A model generated the notes under the pieces. That model had not been told where the DNA came from. It searched no databases and saw nothing but the letters and a program-made list of their open reading frames with translations. A DNA stretch of 64,000 nucleotides from Isurus oxyrinchus (taxonomy: Eukaryota). The position numbers and the translations under genes were made by a program. Positions 25,501 to 37,356 of the stretch are shown piece after piece (the stretch's first letter is position 1; each line of letters begins with the position of its first letter). The stretch lies in contig JANJGN010000150.1 in assembly GCA_026770705.1 (NCBI GenBank), positions 744,001 through 808,000 of the forward strand. Direction: 5' to 3'.

Positions 25501-26711
25501 TAGTATTAACCCTTCGATAGTGCTGCACTCCCTCAGTACTGTCCCTCCGTCAGTGCAGCTCTATTTCAGTACTAACACTTCGACACAGCAGCACTCCCTC
25601 AGTACTGACCTCCGACAGTATAGCACTCCCTCAGTACTGTCCCTCCAATAGTGCAACACTTCCACACTACTGACCCTCTGAGAGTGCAGCACTCCCTCAG
25701 CACGGAGTGTTGATCTACATTATGGGACTGAATTCCCTGGAGTGAGACTCAGACCAGTGATTTAGGTAGGGTTGTGGGGGCTGGAGGAGGTTACAGAGAT
25801 AGGGAGGGCTGTAGAGGCTGTAGGAGGTTACAGAGAAAGGGAGGGTTGTAAGGGCTGTAGGAAGTTACAGAGATAGGGAGGGTTGTAGAGGCTGTAGGAG
25901 GTTACAGAGATAGGGAGGGTTGTAGGGGCTGGAGGAGGTTACAGAAATAGGGAGGGCTGTAGAGGCTGTAGGAGTTTACAGAGATAGGGAGGGTTGTAAG
26001 GGCTGTAGGAAGTTACAGAGATAGGGAGGGTTGTAGAGGCTGTAGGAGGTTACAGAGATGGGGGAGTTGTGGGGGCTGGAGGAGGTTACAGAGGTAGGGA
26101 GGTGTGTAGGGGCTGTAGGAGGTTACAGAGATGGGGTGGTTGTGGGGGCTGGAGGAGGTTACAGATGTAGGGAGGGTTGTAGAGGCTGGAGGAGGTTACC
26201 AAAATAGACACTGCTGTAGGGGCCACAGTAGGTTACAGAGATAGGGAGAGTTATAGTGTGGAGAGGAGGTTATAGAGTTCAGGAGGATTGTAGGGGCTGG
26301 AGGAGGTTACAGTGATTGTGAGGGTTGTGGGGCCTGGAGGACTTTACAGAGATAGGGAGGGTTGTAGGGTCTGGAGCAGGTTACAGAGATAGGGAGGGTT
26401 GTAGGGACTGTAGGAGGTTACATAGATAGGGAGGGTTGTCGGGTCTGGAGGAGGTTACAGAGATAGGGAGGGTTATAGGGACTGGAGGAGGTTACAGAGA
26501 TAGGGAGGGTTGTAGAGACTGGAGGAGGTTACAGAGATAGGGAGGGTTGTAGAGACTGTAGGATGTTACAGAGATAGGGATTGTTGTAGGGGCTGGAGGA
26601 TGTTACAGAGATAGGGAGAGTTGTAGGGGCTGGAGGAGGTTACAGAGATAGGGAGAGCAGCAAAGTCAGAGTGAACAAGACAAGTCGCCATTTCATCTGG
26701 GAGCTTCCCAT
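22480..26711 (-). CDS. HAMP: hepcidin-like prepropeptide gene, 3 exons; exon 1 disrupted in this assembly (possible pseudogene)
   Basis: Exon 1 (26711/26696 to ~26655): MGSSQMKWRLVLFTLTLLL. Exon 2 (25047-24991): VDTALGSSTIEKSVDSPDT. Exon 3 (22596-22480): GSLLQRQKR-MGRQQLCRFCCNCCNWRGPNETCGLCCRY*. Three-exon layout with phase-0 introns. Confidence 0.8.
23573..23721. mobile_element. short Penelope-like/retroposon insertion with terminal hairpin and 14-bp target-site duplication
   Basis: TAGAGAAATGCAAG at 23559-23572 and 23722-23735; 21-bp perfect inverted repeat 23573-23593/23603-23623. Related copies at ~16490-16585 and 63655-63790. Confidence 0.65.
24991..25047 (-). CDS. HAMP: hepcidin exon 2 (acidic propeptide)
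   Basis: 57 nt, ttctttctttttgcAG| ... ACG|gtaggt, phase 0-0, in frame with exon 3. Confidence 0.7.
25765..26657 (+). repeat. ~37-bp minisatellite (ggaggaggttacagagatagggagggttgtaggggct)n
   Basis: About 24 tandem copies abutting hepcidin exon 1. Confidence 0.9.
26640..26711 (-). CDS. HAMP: hepcidin exon 1 (signal peptide), fused to a minisatellite with in-frame TAA at 26642-26640
   Basis: ATG AAA TGG CGA then a hydrophobic core, downstream of a TATA-like box; no phase-0 donor visible. Confidence 0.65.
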   Translation of the reverse strand: MGSSQMKWRLVLFTLTLLLSLSL

Positions 26712-26781
26712 CTCTGCCTGTCTCTTCTGATCTTCTGGCTCTGCTTTGATGCTTTGGTTTGTAACTAGAGGAGCTTCCTGC

Positions 26782-26930
26782 TCTTATACCTGAAACACTT
26801 GAAGGGGACAGCCGCGGGTGGGTAGCTGTGTGGTATCACACCCATTTCTGGATATTGCAGTGTCGATGTTCCCTGTCCCACTGGCCTGGGACCAGCAGTA
26901 AGGTCACTGGGACATTGACTGTCTGGCGCC
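26782..26930 (-). promoter_or_regulatory. putative hepcidin promoter: TATAAGA (26788-26782) and BMP/SMAD-response element GGCGCC with adjacent AGAC (26930-26921)
   Basis: Motifs seen directly. GGCGCC is the known BMP-RE core of mammalian HAMP promoters. Confidence 0.55.
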
Positions 26931-28629
26931 GAGAACTATCAGTCCCTCCGCAACGCCCTTCACCTTGTGCAAATATGTGTTCATATTGACGCAACACAAC
27001 ATAGCAAAAACATAGGGGCTGGTTCTTATGTCGGCAAATCAGGTGAACCGCACGCCCCCTAACCCCTTACTCCTCTCATTGCTCCTCCTTCCTGCCAGAC
27101 ACTTACTATTTTACAAATTGTGTGCGTTGCTTTTATTTCGGACCAGGGGCCTCGAGGGGGAACTGATTTACGCTGAGGTTTAGGGGTTAACAGCCATGTC
27201 ATGTGTTGATCGGTCAGTGTTTACCATGTGAAGACTGTCTGTCACCAGCTTTGTTAATGGTTTATCCAGGAACATTGAAGGGCATGAACGTTCTTGCTTT
27301 GTATGGAACAAGTTACCAACTGGGTTCAGTCATCGACTCAGACTCACATCAACATAAACTGGCTTCTGACAGGTAAGTTTCTATTACATGAGGGTAGGAG
27401 GAGGCCATTTGGCCCCTCGAGCCTGCTCCACCATTCAAAGAGTTCATGGCTGATCTGCAAACTAGCCCCATATGCCTTTGTCCCATCTCCTTTAATACCT
27501 TTGGATAACAAAAATCTATCAGTCTCACAGGTTTAAAATGAACAACTTGATCGTGCATCAGTTCCTGTTTGGGGAAGAGAGTTCCAAATTTCTCCCACCC
27601 TTTGTACTTCTGTCTGTCCCTCTCTGTCCTTTTATTTCATTCTTTCATGTGATGTGGACATCACTGCCTAGGCCAGCATTTATTGCCCAACCCTAATTGC
27701 CCTTGTTCAGAGGCCACTTTTTAAAAGTGAACCACATTGCTGAGGGTCTGGAGTCACATGTAGGCCAGACCAGGTAAGGACAGCAGATTTCCCTCCCTAA
27801 AGGGCATTTGTGACCAAATACAAGAATCAGCAATGGTTTCCTGGTCATCATCGGACTTTTAATTCCAGGATTTTATTGAATTCAACTTCCACCAACTGCT
27901 GTGGTGGGATTCTAACCAGGGTCCCAGGAGCATTACACTGGGTCTCTGCATTACTGGTCCAGTGAAAATACCATCAGGCCAACACCTCCCCACTCTTCCC
28001 TTCCACCATCTTTCACACTTGTTCTGTCTCTCTCTCACTCTCCTTCTCTCTTCTCCCTCTCTCAGTCTCTGTCTGTCTCTCAATCTCTCTATCGCTCTCT
28101 ATCTCCTGGAGGCTCTCTCTCTGACTGTCTCCCTCCCTATATCTGCAACCTCCTCTCTCTCTCCCTTTCCTCCAGCCCCTACAACCCTCCCTAAGGCAGC
28201 CTCCACCTGCCTTTACAATCCTCCCCATCTCTGTAACCACCTTCAACCCCTACACCCCTCCCTATATCTGTAACCACCTCCAACCCCCACAACCCTCCCC
28301 ATCTCTGTAACCACCTTCAACCCCTACACCCCTCCCTATACCTGTAACCTCCTCCAGCCCCTGTAACCCTCCCTATCTCTTGAAGGGTTCTCAAAATTCC
28401 CACATTTTCCATATCATCAACAAGGATATCACTTTTGCACCTTTAAACTGCTGAGTTAAGTGGAAAACCCTGCAGACAGGAGGCTGGGCCCATGAAGGCC
28501 CAAAACCAGTTGTCTGCTGCACTTTGTGACAAGCCCCGAATAAGTCCAAGGTCTAGAACCCAGGGAGTGGGAGCGATTCAGACGGCTCAGAAGTCGCAGG
28601 TGAAGCTGACACACACCACCACACCCTAC

Positions 28630-29252
28630 AAGGGGCTGAATGGCCTCCTCCTGTTCCTGTGTAACGGGCATCAGTGGCTGAATGGGCCTCGTCCTTTTTC
28701 TGTGTAACAGGCTCAATAGGGCTGAATGGGCCTCCTCCTGTTCTTGTGTAACAGGCTCGAGGGGGCTGAATGGGCCTCCTCCAGTTCCTGTGTAACAGGC
28801 TTGAGGAGCTAAATGGGCCTCCTCCTGTTCCTGTGTAACAGGCTTGAGGAGCTAAATGGGCCTCCTCCTGTTCCTGTGTAACAGACATCAGTGGCTGAAT
28901 GGGCTTGCTCCTGTCCCTGTGTAACAGTCTTGAGGAGGCTGAATGGCCTCTTCCTGTATCTGTGTAACAGGCTCAATGGGCTGAATGGTCCCCTTCTGTT
29001 CCTGTGTAACAGTCTCGAGGGGGCTGAATGGCCTCTTCCTGTATCTGTGTAACAGGCTCAATGGGCTGAATGGCCCCCTTCTGTTCCTGTGTAACAGTCT
29101 CGAGGGGGCTGAATGGGCCTCTTCCTGTTCCTGTGTAACAGGCTCGAGGGGACTGAATGGCCTCCTCCTGTTCCTGTGTAACAGGCTTGAGGGGGCTGAA
29201 TGGCCTCCTCCTGTTCCTGTGTAACAGGCTCAAGGGGCTGAATGGCCTCCTT
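28630..29252 (+). repeat. ~42-45-bp minisatellite (ggggctgaatggcctcctcctgttcctgtgtaacaggctcga)n, resembling a CR1 3' terminus
   Basis: About 14 tandem copies. Confidence 0.85.
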
Positions 29253-29254
29253 CT

Positions 29255-30619
29255 GCACTGTAAACTTGTTGTGATACTGTAACTGCCTCTTTGGTTTCAT
29301 TCAGCTGAATCTTCAGCTCTTCAGTCTCTTCCTTGTATCTCTTGCCTTCCTCCTGGAACATTGGACATGGTTGGGTCTTCCCTGCCAACTGTTTCTTCAG
29401 TTTGCTCAGAGCGGCACAGAATTCGCTTTCTTTCTCTTCAGGATTTTCCAGTGGAACCAACTCTGACCTGAGGGACACTTGCAGCCTGTGAGGATGCTTC
29501 AATTCTTCAAACTCATTCCGAGATACACTCTCATATTCCCCCAGCAACTCAGCAACTCCTCCAGTGAAACATTTCAGAGCAGCTGAGCTTGGTTTTCTGG
29601 AACCAGTCTCGGCCCAGAAGACTAGGGCCCCCACCTGTCGCTATGATCACTGGAAGCTGGGCTGTCTGCTGCCTGTAGGACACAGGTACTGGGATGAGGT
29701 CCTTTCCCTGTATGGATTCTCCAGTGTGTGTCTTCAGCTGATCCATTGTTTGCTCTAAATTCAGCGTCTGGGTTCCTTCATTTAGCTGTTTAAATGTGGG
29801 CTCTTCCACCACTGTGTCTGAGGCTCCCGTATCTGCCCCATTACTAGTGGCTGCCCATTCACTTGGGTTGTGATGGTTATAGGTTCAGTTTTTACCACTG
29901 TGACATTGGACAGGGAATAGACATCGGTATCAGCAGCTTCAGGCTCTGTGATATTATTCACTTCCATCATGTTGGTGCACTGCCTGATGGGCTGTCTCGA
30001 TTTCACCCTGCATTGCTTTATTACCCACCCCTTTCTTGTGGCAGTGATGGCATTCTGCCCCCTTGAACCTGCAGGTGTCCGGTACGAGCTCAATGCCCCC
30101 CACATCGAGAACAGGCCAACTTCGGAGTTGCTGCTGAAATACTCCCACGAAGCCTTTTAGTTTCTGGAGCGGCAGAGACTGTCTCTCGCTTGGCGGCTGT
30201 CTCTCTCTCTCTCTCTCCAGTTTGAGCCTCACGCCCGGTGGTTGGTTCCTGTCCCAGCTGAGGACTGGCGCCATGTTGTACATCCTGTAAATCCCGCCAG
30301 TCTCTCCCAGCACTTTCCATGCCTGGCGCTATTTCCATGGTGCGCTTCAAATCGATGTCGGCTTCTGCGAGTAAACGGCTCTGAATGGCGTTGGGGTGAA
30401 CGACACAAACCAATCGGCCCCGCAACATGTCATTGAGTGTGTCTCCGAGGTCCCAGTGCTCAGTCACCTGCTTCCACTTCACTGTATAGGTTGCGATGGA
30501 CTCACCCGGGGCCCTTACTCTGGAGTTAAACTTAAACCTCTGCATTATTACCCACGGCTTCAGCTGAAAACACATCTTCATGAGGACGACTAATTGGTGA
30601 AAAGATTTAGAATTGGGTG
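29255..30619 (-). mobile_element. Ty3/Gypsy-like gag-protease remnant
   Basis: SFHQLV..QRFKFNSRVRAPGESIATY..MLRGRLVC..IQSRLLAE (gag); CRFKGAECHHCHKKG (zinc-knuckle-like); GGGPSLLGRDWF (protease C-terminus). Confidence 0.8.
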
Positions 30620-31773
30620 TAATACACGTCACTGTCTTCAGCTCTGAGACTGTCAATCCTCACCAAACAATTCTTCCCTTCCAAGTTCCCAATTATTTTA
30701 GCACGTCCCACGAATGTGGCCACCCCATAATTGGGATCTTTGGTGTATGTGATGGTATATTTCCATCTATACCAATATTTATACCAAGCTCCGTGCAGTG
30801 CTGTGTAAGAGTGGGAAGGAAAGTCAAAGCTACACGGAATAACCACACAAGAGCTGCTGATGGCCCTCCGAGGCAGCGCCTTCATAGACCATCCCTCTGA
30901 CGTCACTCCTGAAAGGCAACGAGGGAGGGGACTGAACATCAAAAAGCAGAATATTACTTCAATGGAGAGAGGCAGCAGAATGCGGTACAGAGGGATCTGG
31001 GTGTCCTTGTACATGAATCACAGAAAGTCAGCATTCAGGAACAGCACAGAATGAGGAAGGCAAGTGGAATGTTGGCCTTTATTGCAAAGGGATGGAGTAT
31101 AAAAGGAGGGAAGTCTTGCAACAGCTGCACAGGGCGTTGGTGAGATTGTATCAGGAGCAGTGTGTAGAGTTCTGGTCTCCTTACTTAGGGAGGGATAGAC
31201 TCTGCATTGGAGGCAGTTCAGAGGAGGATCACTGGGCTGATTCCTGGAATGAAGGGGGTTTGTCTTATGAGGAAATGTTGAGCAGGTTGGGCCCTGTATC
31301 CATTGGAGTTTAGAAGAATGAGAGGTGATCTTATTGAAACATATAAGATTCTGAGGTGGTGGGGGGTTTGACAGGGTGGATGCTGAGGGGATGTTACCCC
31401 TTGTGGGGGAATCCTGTGAAGCAATAAGGATGTTTTACTGCATTAAAGGGCTATATAAATGCACTGTCATTCCTATTGAAACAAGCTCTCTGATGCACAA
31501 ACAGAAAATGCTGGAAAAACTCAGCAGGTCTGACAGCATCTGTGGAGAGAGAAACAGAGTTGGTGTTTCGAGTCCGTATGAGGCTTTTGCTTTTGCTAAA
31601 TTCTCTGACTCGCTATTCGCTCACTCTCTGTGTGATCACTAACCCTGTTCTCTAAAATTAAATGTTCACTTCCTCATTCCAGGAAAGAATCCAATTCCCT
31701 GAGTTCCGATCAGTAATGAATTTGTACCTTGCAGCAAGCTGATGAAGATCAATATCAGACCGACCTCTCCCAT
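30619..31773 (-). pseudogene. divergent Siglec/MAG-like gene C: leader (31773-31728, MGEVGLILIFISLLQ-G) + V-set exon (from 30908) truncated at the F strand
   Basis: Leader donor CAAG|gtac, phase 1; acceptor cctttcAG| at 30909/30908. GWSM...SCVVIPCSFDFP...W...GRAKIIGNLEGKNC..RIDSLRAEDSDVYY runs into retrotransposon gag sequence and a stop at 30607. Confidence 0.8.
30940..31412 (+). mobile_element. CR1 LINE fragment in gene C intron
   Basis: MEYKRREVLQQLHRALVRLYQEQCVEFWSPYL. Confidence 0.8.
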
Positions 31774-32034
31774 CTTCAGTTCCTCATCTAAATCGAAATG
31801 ATAAAGACAGAGACTTTTTCATAAATTGTCCCCAGCGTTTCTTCCTCAAACAACAACTTGTGGTTAAATGGCACCTTTCAGTGAGTTAAACAGCCCCAGG
31901 GAATAAACTAATGTCAAGACAAGGAAGGAGAGATTGAGAAGGGACATCGCAAACCGATTCACCAAACACGGCAAAAATTCATTGTTCCCTCACTCCCTGT
32001 GCTGGGTGTCCAGCTTTTTCTCTCAGTGAGTTTA

Positions 32035-33195
32035 GTCCTCACAATCTCTATCTATCGCACTCTTCTGCTCTATCTCTCTCTCACACACACATTCTCTCTC
32101 TAACACTCACAATCTCTCTCTATCACACTCTTCTGCTCTATCTCTCTCTCTCTCACACTCACACATTCTCTCTCTAACACTCACTATCTCTCTCGATCAC
32201 ACTCTTCTGCTCTGTCTCTCACTCTCTCTCACACACATTCTCTCTCCAACACTCACAATCTCTATCTATCGCACTCTTCTGCTCTCTCTCTCTCTCTCTC
32301 ACACTCACATTCTCTCTCTAACACTCACAATCTCTCTCTATCGCACTCTTCTGCTCTATCTCTCTCTCTCACACACACACATTCTCTCTCTAACACTCAC
32401 AATCTCTCTCTATCGCACTCTTCTGCTCTATCTCTCTCTCTCTCACACACACACACATTCTCTCTCTAACACTCACAATCTCTCTCTATCACACTCCTCT
32501 GCTCTATCTCTCTCTCTCACACACACACATTCTCTCTCTAACACTCACAATCTCTCTCTATCACACTCTTCTGCTCTCTCTCTCTCTCACACACACACAC
32601 ATTCTCTCTCTAACACTCACAATCTCTCTCTATCACACTCCTGTGCTCTATCTCTCTCTCTCACACACACACATTCTCTCTCTAACACTCACAATCTCTC
32701 TCTATCGCACTCTTCTGCTCTCTCTCTCTCTCACACACACACATTCTCTTTCTAATACTCACAATCTCTCTCTATCACACTCTTCTGCTCTATCTCTCTC
32801 TCTCACACACACACATTCTCTCTCTAACACTCACAATCTCTCTCTATCGCACTCTTCTGCTCTATCTCTCTCTCTCACACACACACATTCTCTCTCTAAC
32901 ACTCACAATCTCTCTCTATCACACTCTTCTGCTCTATCTCTCTCTCTCTCACACACATTCTCTCTCTAACACTCACAATCTCTCTCTATCACACTCTTCT
33001 GCTCTATCTCTCTCTCTCTCACACACACATTCTCTCTCTAACACTCACAATCTCTCTCTATCACACTCTTCTGCTCTATCTCTCTCTCTCTCTCACACAC
33101 ACACATTCTCTCTCTAACAAACACAATCTCTCTCTATCACACTCTACTGCTCTCTCTCTCTCACAAACACAATCTCTCTCTATCGCACTCTACTG

Positions 33196-33226
<31 letters not shown>

Positions 33227-36200
33227 TCTCTCTCTAACACTCACAATCTCTCTCTGTCACACTCTTCTGCTCTCTCTCTCTCTCACACACACACATTCTC
33301 TCTCTAACACTCACAATCTCTCTCTATCACACTCTTCTGCTCTATCTCTCTCTCTCACACGCACACATTCTCTCGCTAACACTCACAATCTCTCTCTATC
33401 ACACTCCTCTGCTCTCTCTCTCTCTCTCACACACACACATTCTCTCTCTAACACTCACAATCTCTCTCTATCACACTCTTCTGCTCTATTTCTCTCTCTC
33501 TCTCACACACACATTCTCTCTCTAACACTCACAATCTCTCTCTATCGCACTCTACTGCTCTCTCTCTCTCTCACAAACACAATCTCTCTCTATCGCACTC
33601 TTCTGCTCTCTCTCTCTCTCACAAACACAATCTCTCTCTATCGCACTCTTCTGCTCTATCTCTCTCACACAAACACACATTCTCTCTCTAACACTCACAA
33701 TCTCTCTCTATCACACTCCTCTGCTCTATCTCTCTCTCTCACAAACACACATTCTCTCTCTAACACTCACAATCTCTCTCTATCGCACTCTTCTGCTCTA
33801 TCTCTCTCACACAAACACACATTCTCTCTCTAACACTCACAATCTCTCTCTATCACACTCCTCTGCTCTATCTCTCTCTCTCACACACACACATTCTCTC
33901 TCTAACACTCACAATCTCTCTCTATCACACTCCTCTGCTCTATCTCTCTCTCTCACACACACACATTCTCTCTCTAACACTCACAATCTCTCTCTATCGC
34001 ACTCTTCTGCTCTATCTCTCTCTCTCTCACACACACATTCTCTCTCTAACACTCACAATCTCTCTCTATCACACTCCTCTGCTCTATCTCTCTCTCTCAC
34101 ACACACACACATTCTCTCTCTAACAAACACAATCTCTCTCTATCACACTCCTCTGCTCTATCTCTCTCTCTCACACACACACACATTCTCTCTCTAACAC
34201 TCACAATCTCTCTCTATCACACTCCTCTGCTCTATCTCTCTCTCTCACACACACATTCTCTCTCTAACACTCACAATCTCTCTCTATCGCACTTTTCTGC
34301 TCTATCTCTCTCTCTCTCACACACACACATTCTCTCTCTAACACTCACAATCTCTATCACACTCTTCTGCTCTATCTCTCTCTCACACACACACATTCTC
34401 TCTCTAACACTCACAATCTCTCTCTATCACACTCTTCTGCTCTATCTCTCTCTCATACACACACATTCTCTCTCTAACACTCACAATCTCTCTCTATCAC
34501 ACTCCTCTGCTCTATCTCTCTCTCTCTCACACACACATTCTCTCTCTAACACTTTCAATCTCTCTCTATCGCACTCTTCTGCTCTCTCTCTCTCACAAAC
34601 ACACATTCTCTCTCTAACACTCACAATCTCTCTCTATCACACTCCTCTACTCTATCTCTCTCACTCACACACACACATTCTCTCTATCACACTCACAATC
34701 TCTCTCTATCGCACTCTTCTGCTCTATCTCTCTCTCTCTCACACACACATTCTCTCTCTACCACTCACAATCTCTCTCTATCACACTCCTCTGCTCTATC
34801 TCTCTCTCTCACACACACACACATTCTCTCTCTAACAAACACAATCTCTCTCTATCACACTCCTCTGCTCTATCTCTCTCTCTCACACACACACACATTC
34901 TCTCTCTAACACTCACAATCTCTCTCTATCACACTCCTCTGCTCTATCTCTCTCTCTCACACACACACACATTCTCTCTCTAACAAACACAATCTCTCTC
35001 TATCACACTCCTCTGCTCTATCTCTCTCTCTCACACACACATTCTCTCTCTAACACTCACAATCTCTCTCTATCACACTCTTCTGCTCTATCTCTCTCTC
35101 TCTCACACACACACATTCTCTCTCTAACACTCACAATCTCTCTCTATCACACTCTTCTGCTCTATCTCTCTCTCTCTCACACACACACATTCTCTCTCTA
35201 AAACTCACAATCTCTATCACACTCTTCTGCTCTATCTCTCTCTCACACACACACACATTCTCTCTCTAACAAACACAAACTCTCTCTATCGCACTCTTCT
35301 GCTCTCTCTCTCTCACAAACACACATTCTCTCTCTAACACTCACAATCTCTCTCTATCACACTCCTCTGCTCTATCTCTCTCTCTCACACACACACACAT
35401 TCTCTCTCTAACAAACACAATCTCTCTCTATCACACTCCTCTGCTCTATCTCTCTCTCTCACACACACATTCTCTCTCTAACACTCACAATCTCTCTCTA
35501 TCGCACTCTTCTGCTCTATCTCTCTCTCTCTCACACACACACATTCTCTCTCTAACACTCACAATCTCTCTCTATCACACTCTTCTGCTCTATCTCTCTC
35601 TCTCTCACACACACACATTCTCTCTCTAAAACTCACAATCTCTATCACACTCTTCTGCTCTATCTCTCTCTCACACACACACACATTCTCTCTCTAACAC
35701 TCACAATCTCTCTCTATCACACTCTTCTGCTCTATCTCTCTCTCTCTCACACACACACACATTCTCTCTCTAACAAACACAAACTCTCTCTATCGCACTC
35801 TTCTGCTCTCTCTCTCTCACAAACACACATTCTCTCTCTAACACTCACAATCTCTCTCTATCACACTCTTCTGCTCTATCTCTCTCTCACACACACACAC
35901 ATTCTCTCTCTGACACTCACAATCTCTCTCTATCGCACTCTTCTGCTCTCTCTCTCTCTCTCTCACACACACATTCTCTCTGTCTCCCTCCCTCAAATAC
36001 ATTGTCTCTCTCTCTCTGACACAAACACTCTCTCACACACTCACATACTTTCCCTAAAACTAACACAATCTCTCTTTCTGTCAAGCACACAATCTCTCTC
36101 ACACACACACACTCTCTCTCTCAGACACACACATTCTCTCTCTCTCAAACATTTAACATTTCTCTTCATCTCGATCTTCTGCTGTCTCCCTCTTTCTCTC

Positions 36201-36465
36201 CCTCGCACACACACACACTCTCTGTCACAAACACACTCTCTCTCCCACACAATCTCTCTCACAGACACTCTCTCTCACACACTCACACTCTCTGTCACAA
36301 ACACACGCTCTCTCCCACACACTCTCTCTCACACACTCTCACATGCACACTCTCTCCCTCATATACAAACACTCTCCCTCACACATGCACACTCTCTATC
36401 TCTTTTTCTCTCTCACACAGTCTCTCTGTCTCTCTCTCTCTCTCAGACACTCTCTCTCTCTCTGA
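32035..36465 (+). repeat. 4.4-kb CT/CA compound satellite, unit ~70 bp
   Basis: (acattctctctctaacactcacaatctctctctatcacactcttctgctctatctctctctctcacacac)n. Confidence 0.95.
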
Positions 36466-37356
36466 TACAGAATGTTTTAAGACCTGCTCATGATTTCAGC
36501 TCAAAACCCAGGTAGATTCTCCCCAGTGAGGGAGTAGTGAGGGAGTGCTGCACTGTCAGAGGATCAGTACTGAGGGCGTGCTGCACTGTCGGAGGGTAAG
36601 TACTGAGGGAGTGCTGCACTGTCGGAGGATCAGTACTGAACACAATGTCCATTCAGAACAGCTCGGTCCCCGATCAGAGAAACAGCCTCAGACAGAACCA
36701 ACTGACGCTGGAATCCATACAATTCATCAACGTGTTGGGAGTTAGTTTGATGTCGGAGATGGAGTGTTACTGGGAAGGATGGAACCCGTCAGGATGAACA
36801 GCTCGATGTACGACAAGGAAAGGATGAGCTAAGAGGGGTTGGTCACGGACAGACGGAGCATGTGAAGACTCAACAAGCTAATGGCAGGTGAAGAGCTGGA
36901 AAGGTGTCTTTTCAACACAAGGTTTAGACACAGAACTCGATGTTTGATCGGGTATTTCAAACCAGAGAAACTCTTTACAGGGTGAATGGACCTTGTCAAT
37001 AATCCATCCAGCCAACCTCGCCTGGAGATTAGTCCAATATTAGACACTAAACCGAGTCCCCCGTCTGCCCTCTCGGGCGGGTGTGAAAGATCCCACAGCC
37101 ACTATTTGGAGGAAGAGCAGGGGGGAGATCTCCCCGGTGTCCTGGGACCAGTATTTATCCCTCAACCAACATCACTAAAAACAGATGATCACATTGCTGT
37201 TTGTGGGAGCTTGCTGTGCGCTAATTGGCTGCTGCGTTTCCTACATTACAACAGTAACCACACTTCGAAAAAAGGGTGAACTCACTTGTAAAGTGTTCTG
37301 GGACATCCAGAGACCATGCTGTACAGAAGAGATTTGACAGGAGCAGCAAGTGTTTT

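Noticed and set aside
25765-29252. Regular short repeat arrays resembling CRISPR
   Set aside because: Head-to-tail units without unique spacers, no cas genes, eukaryotic context.
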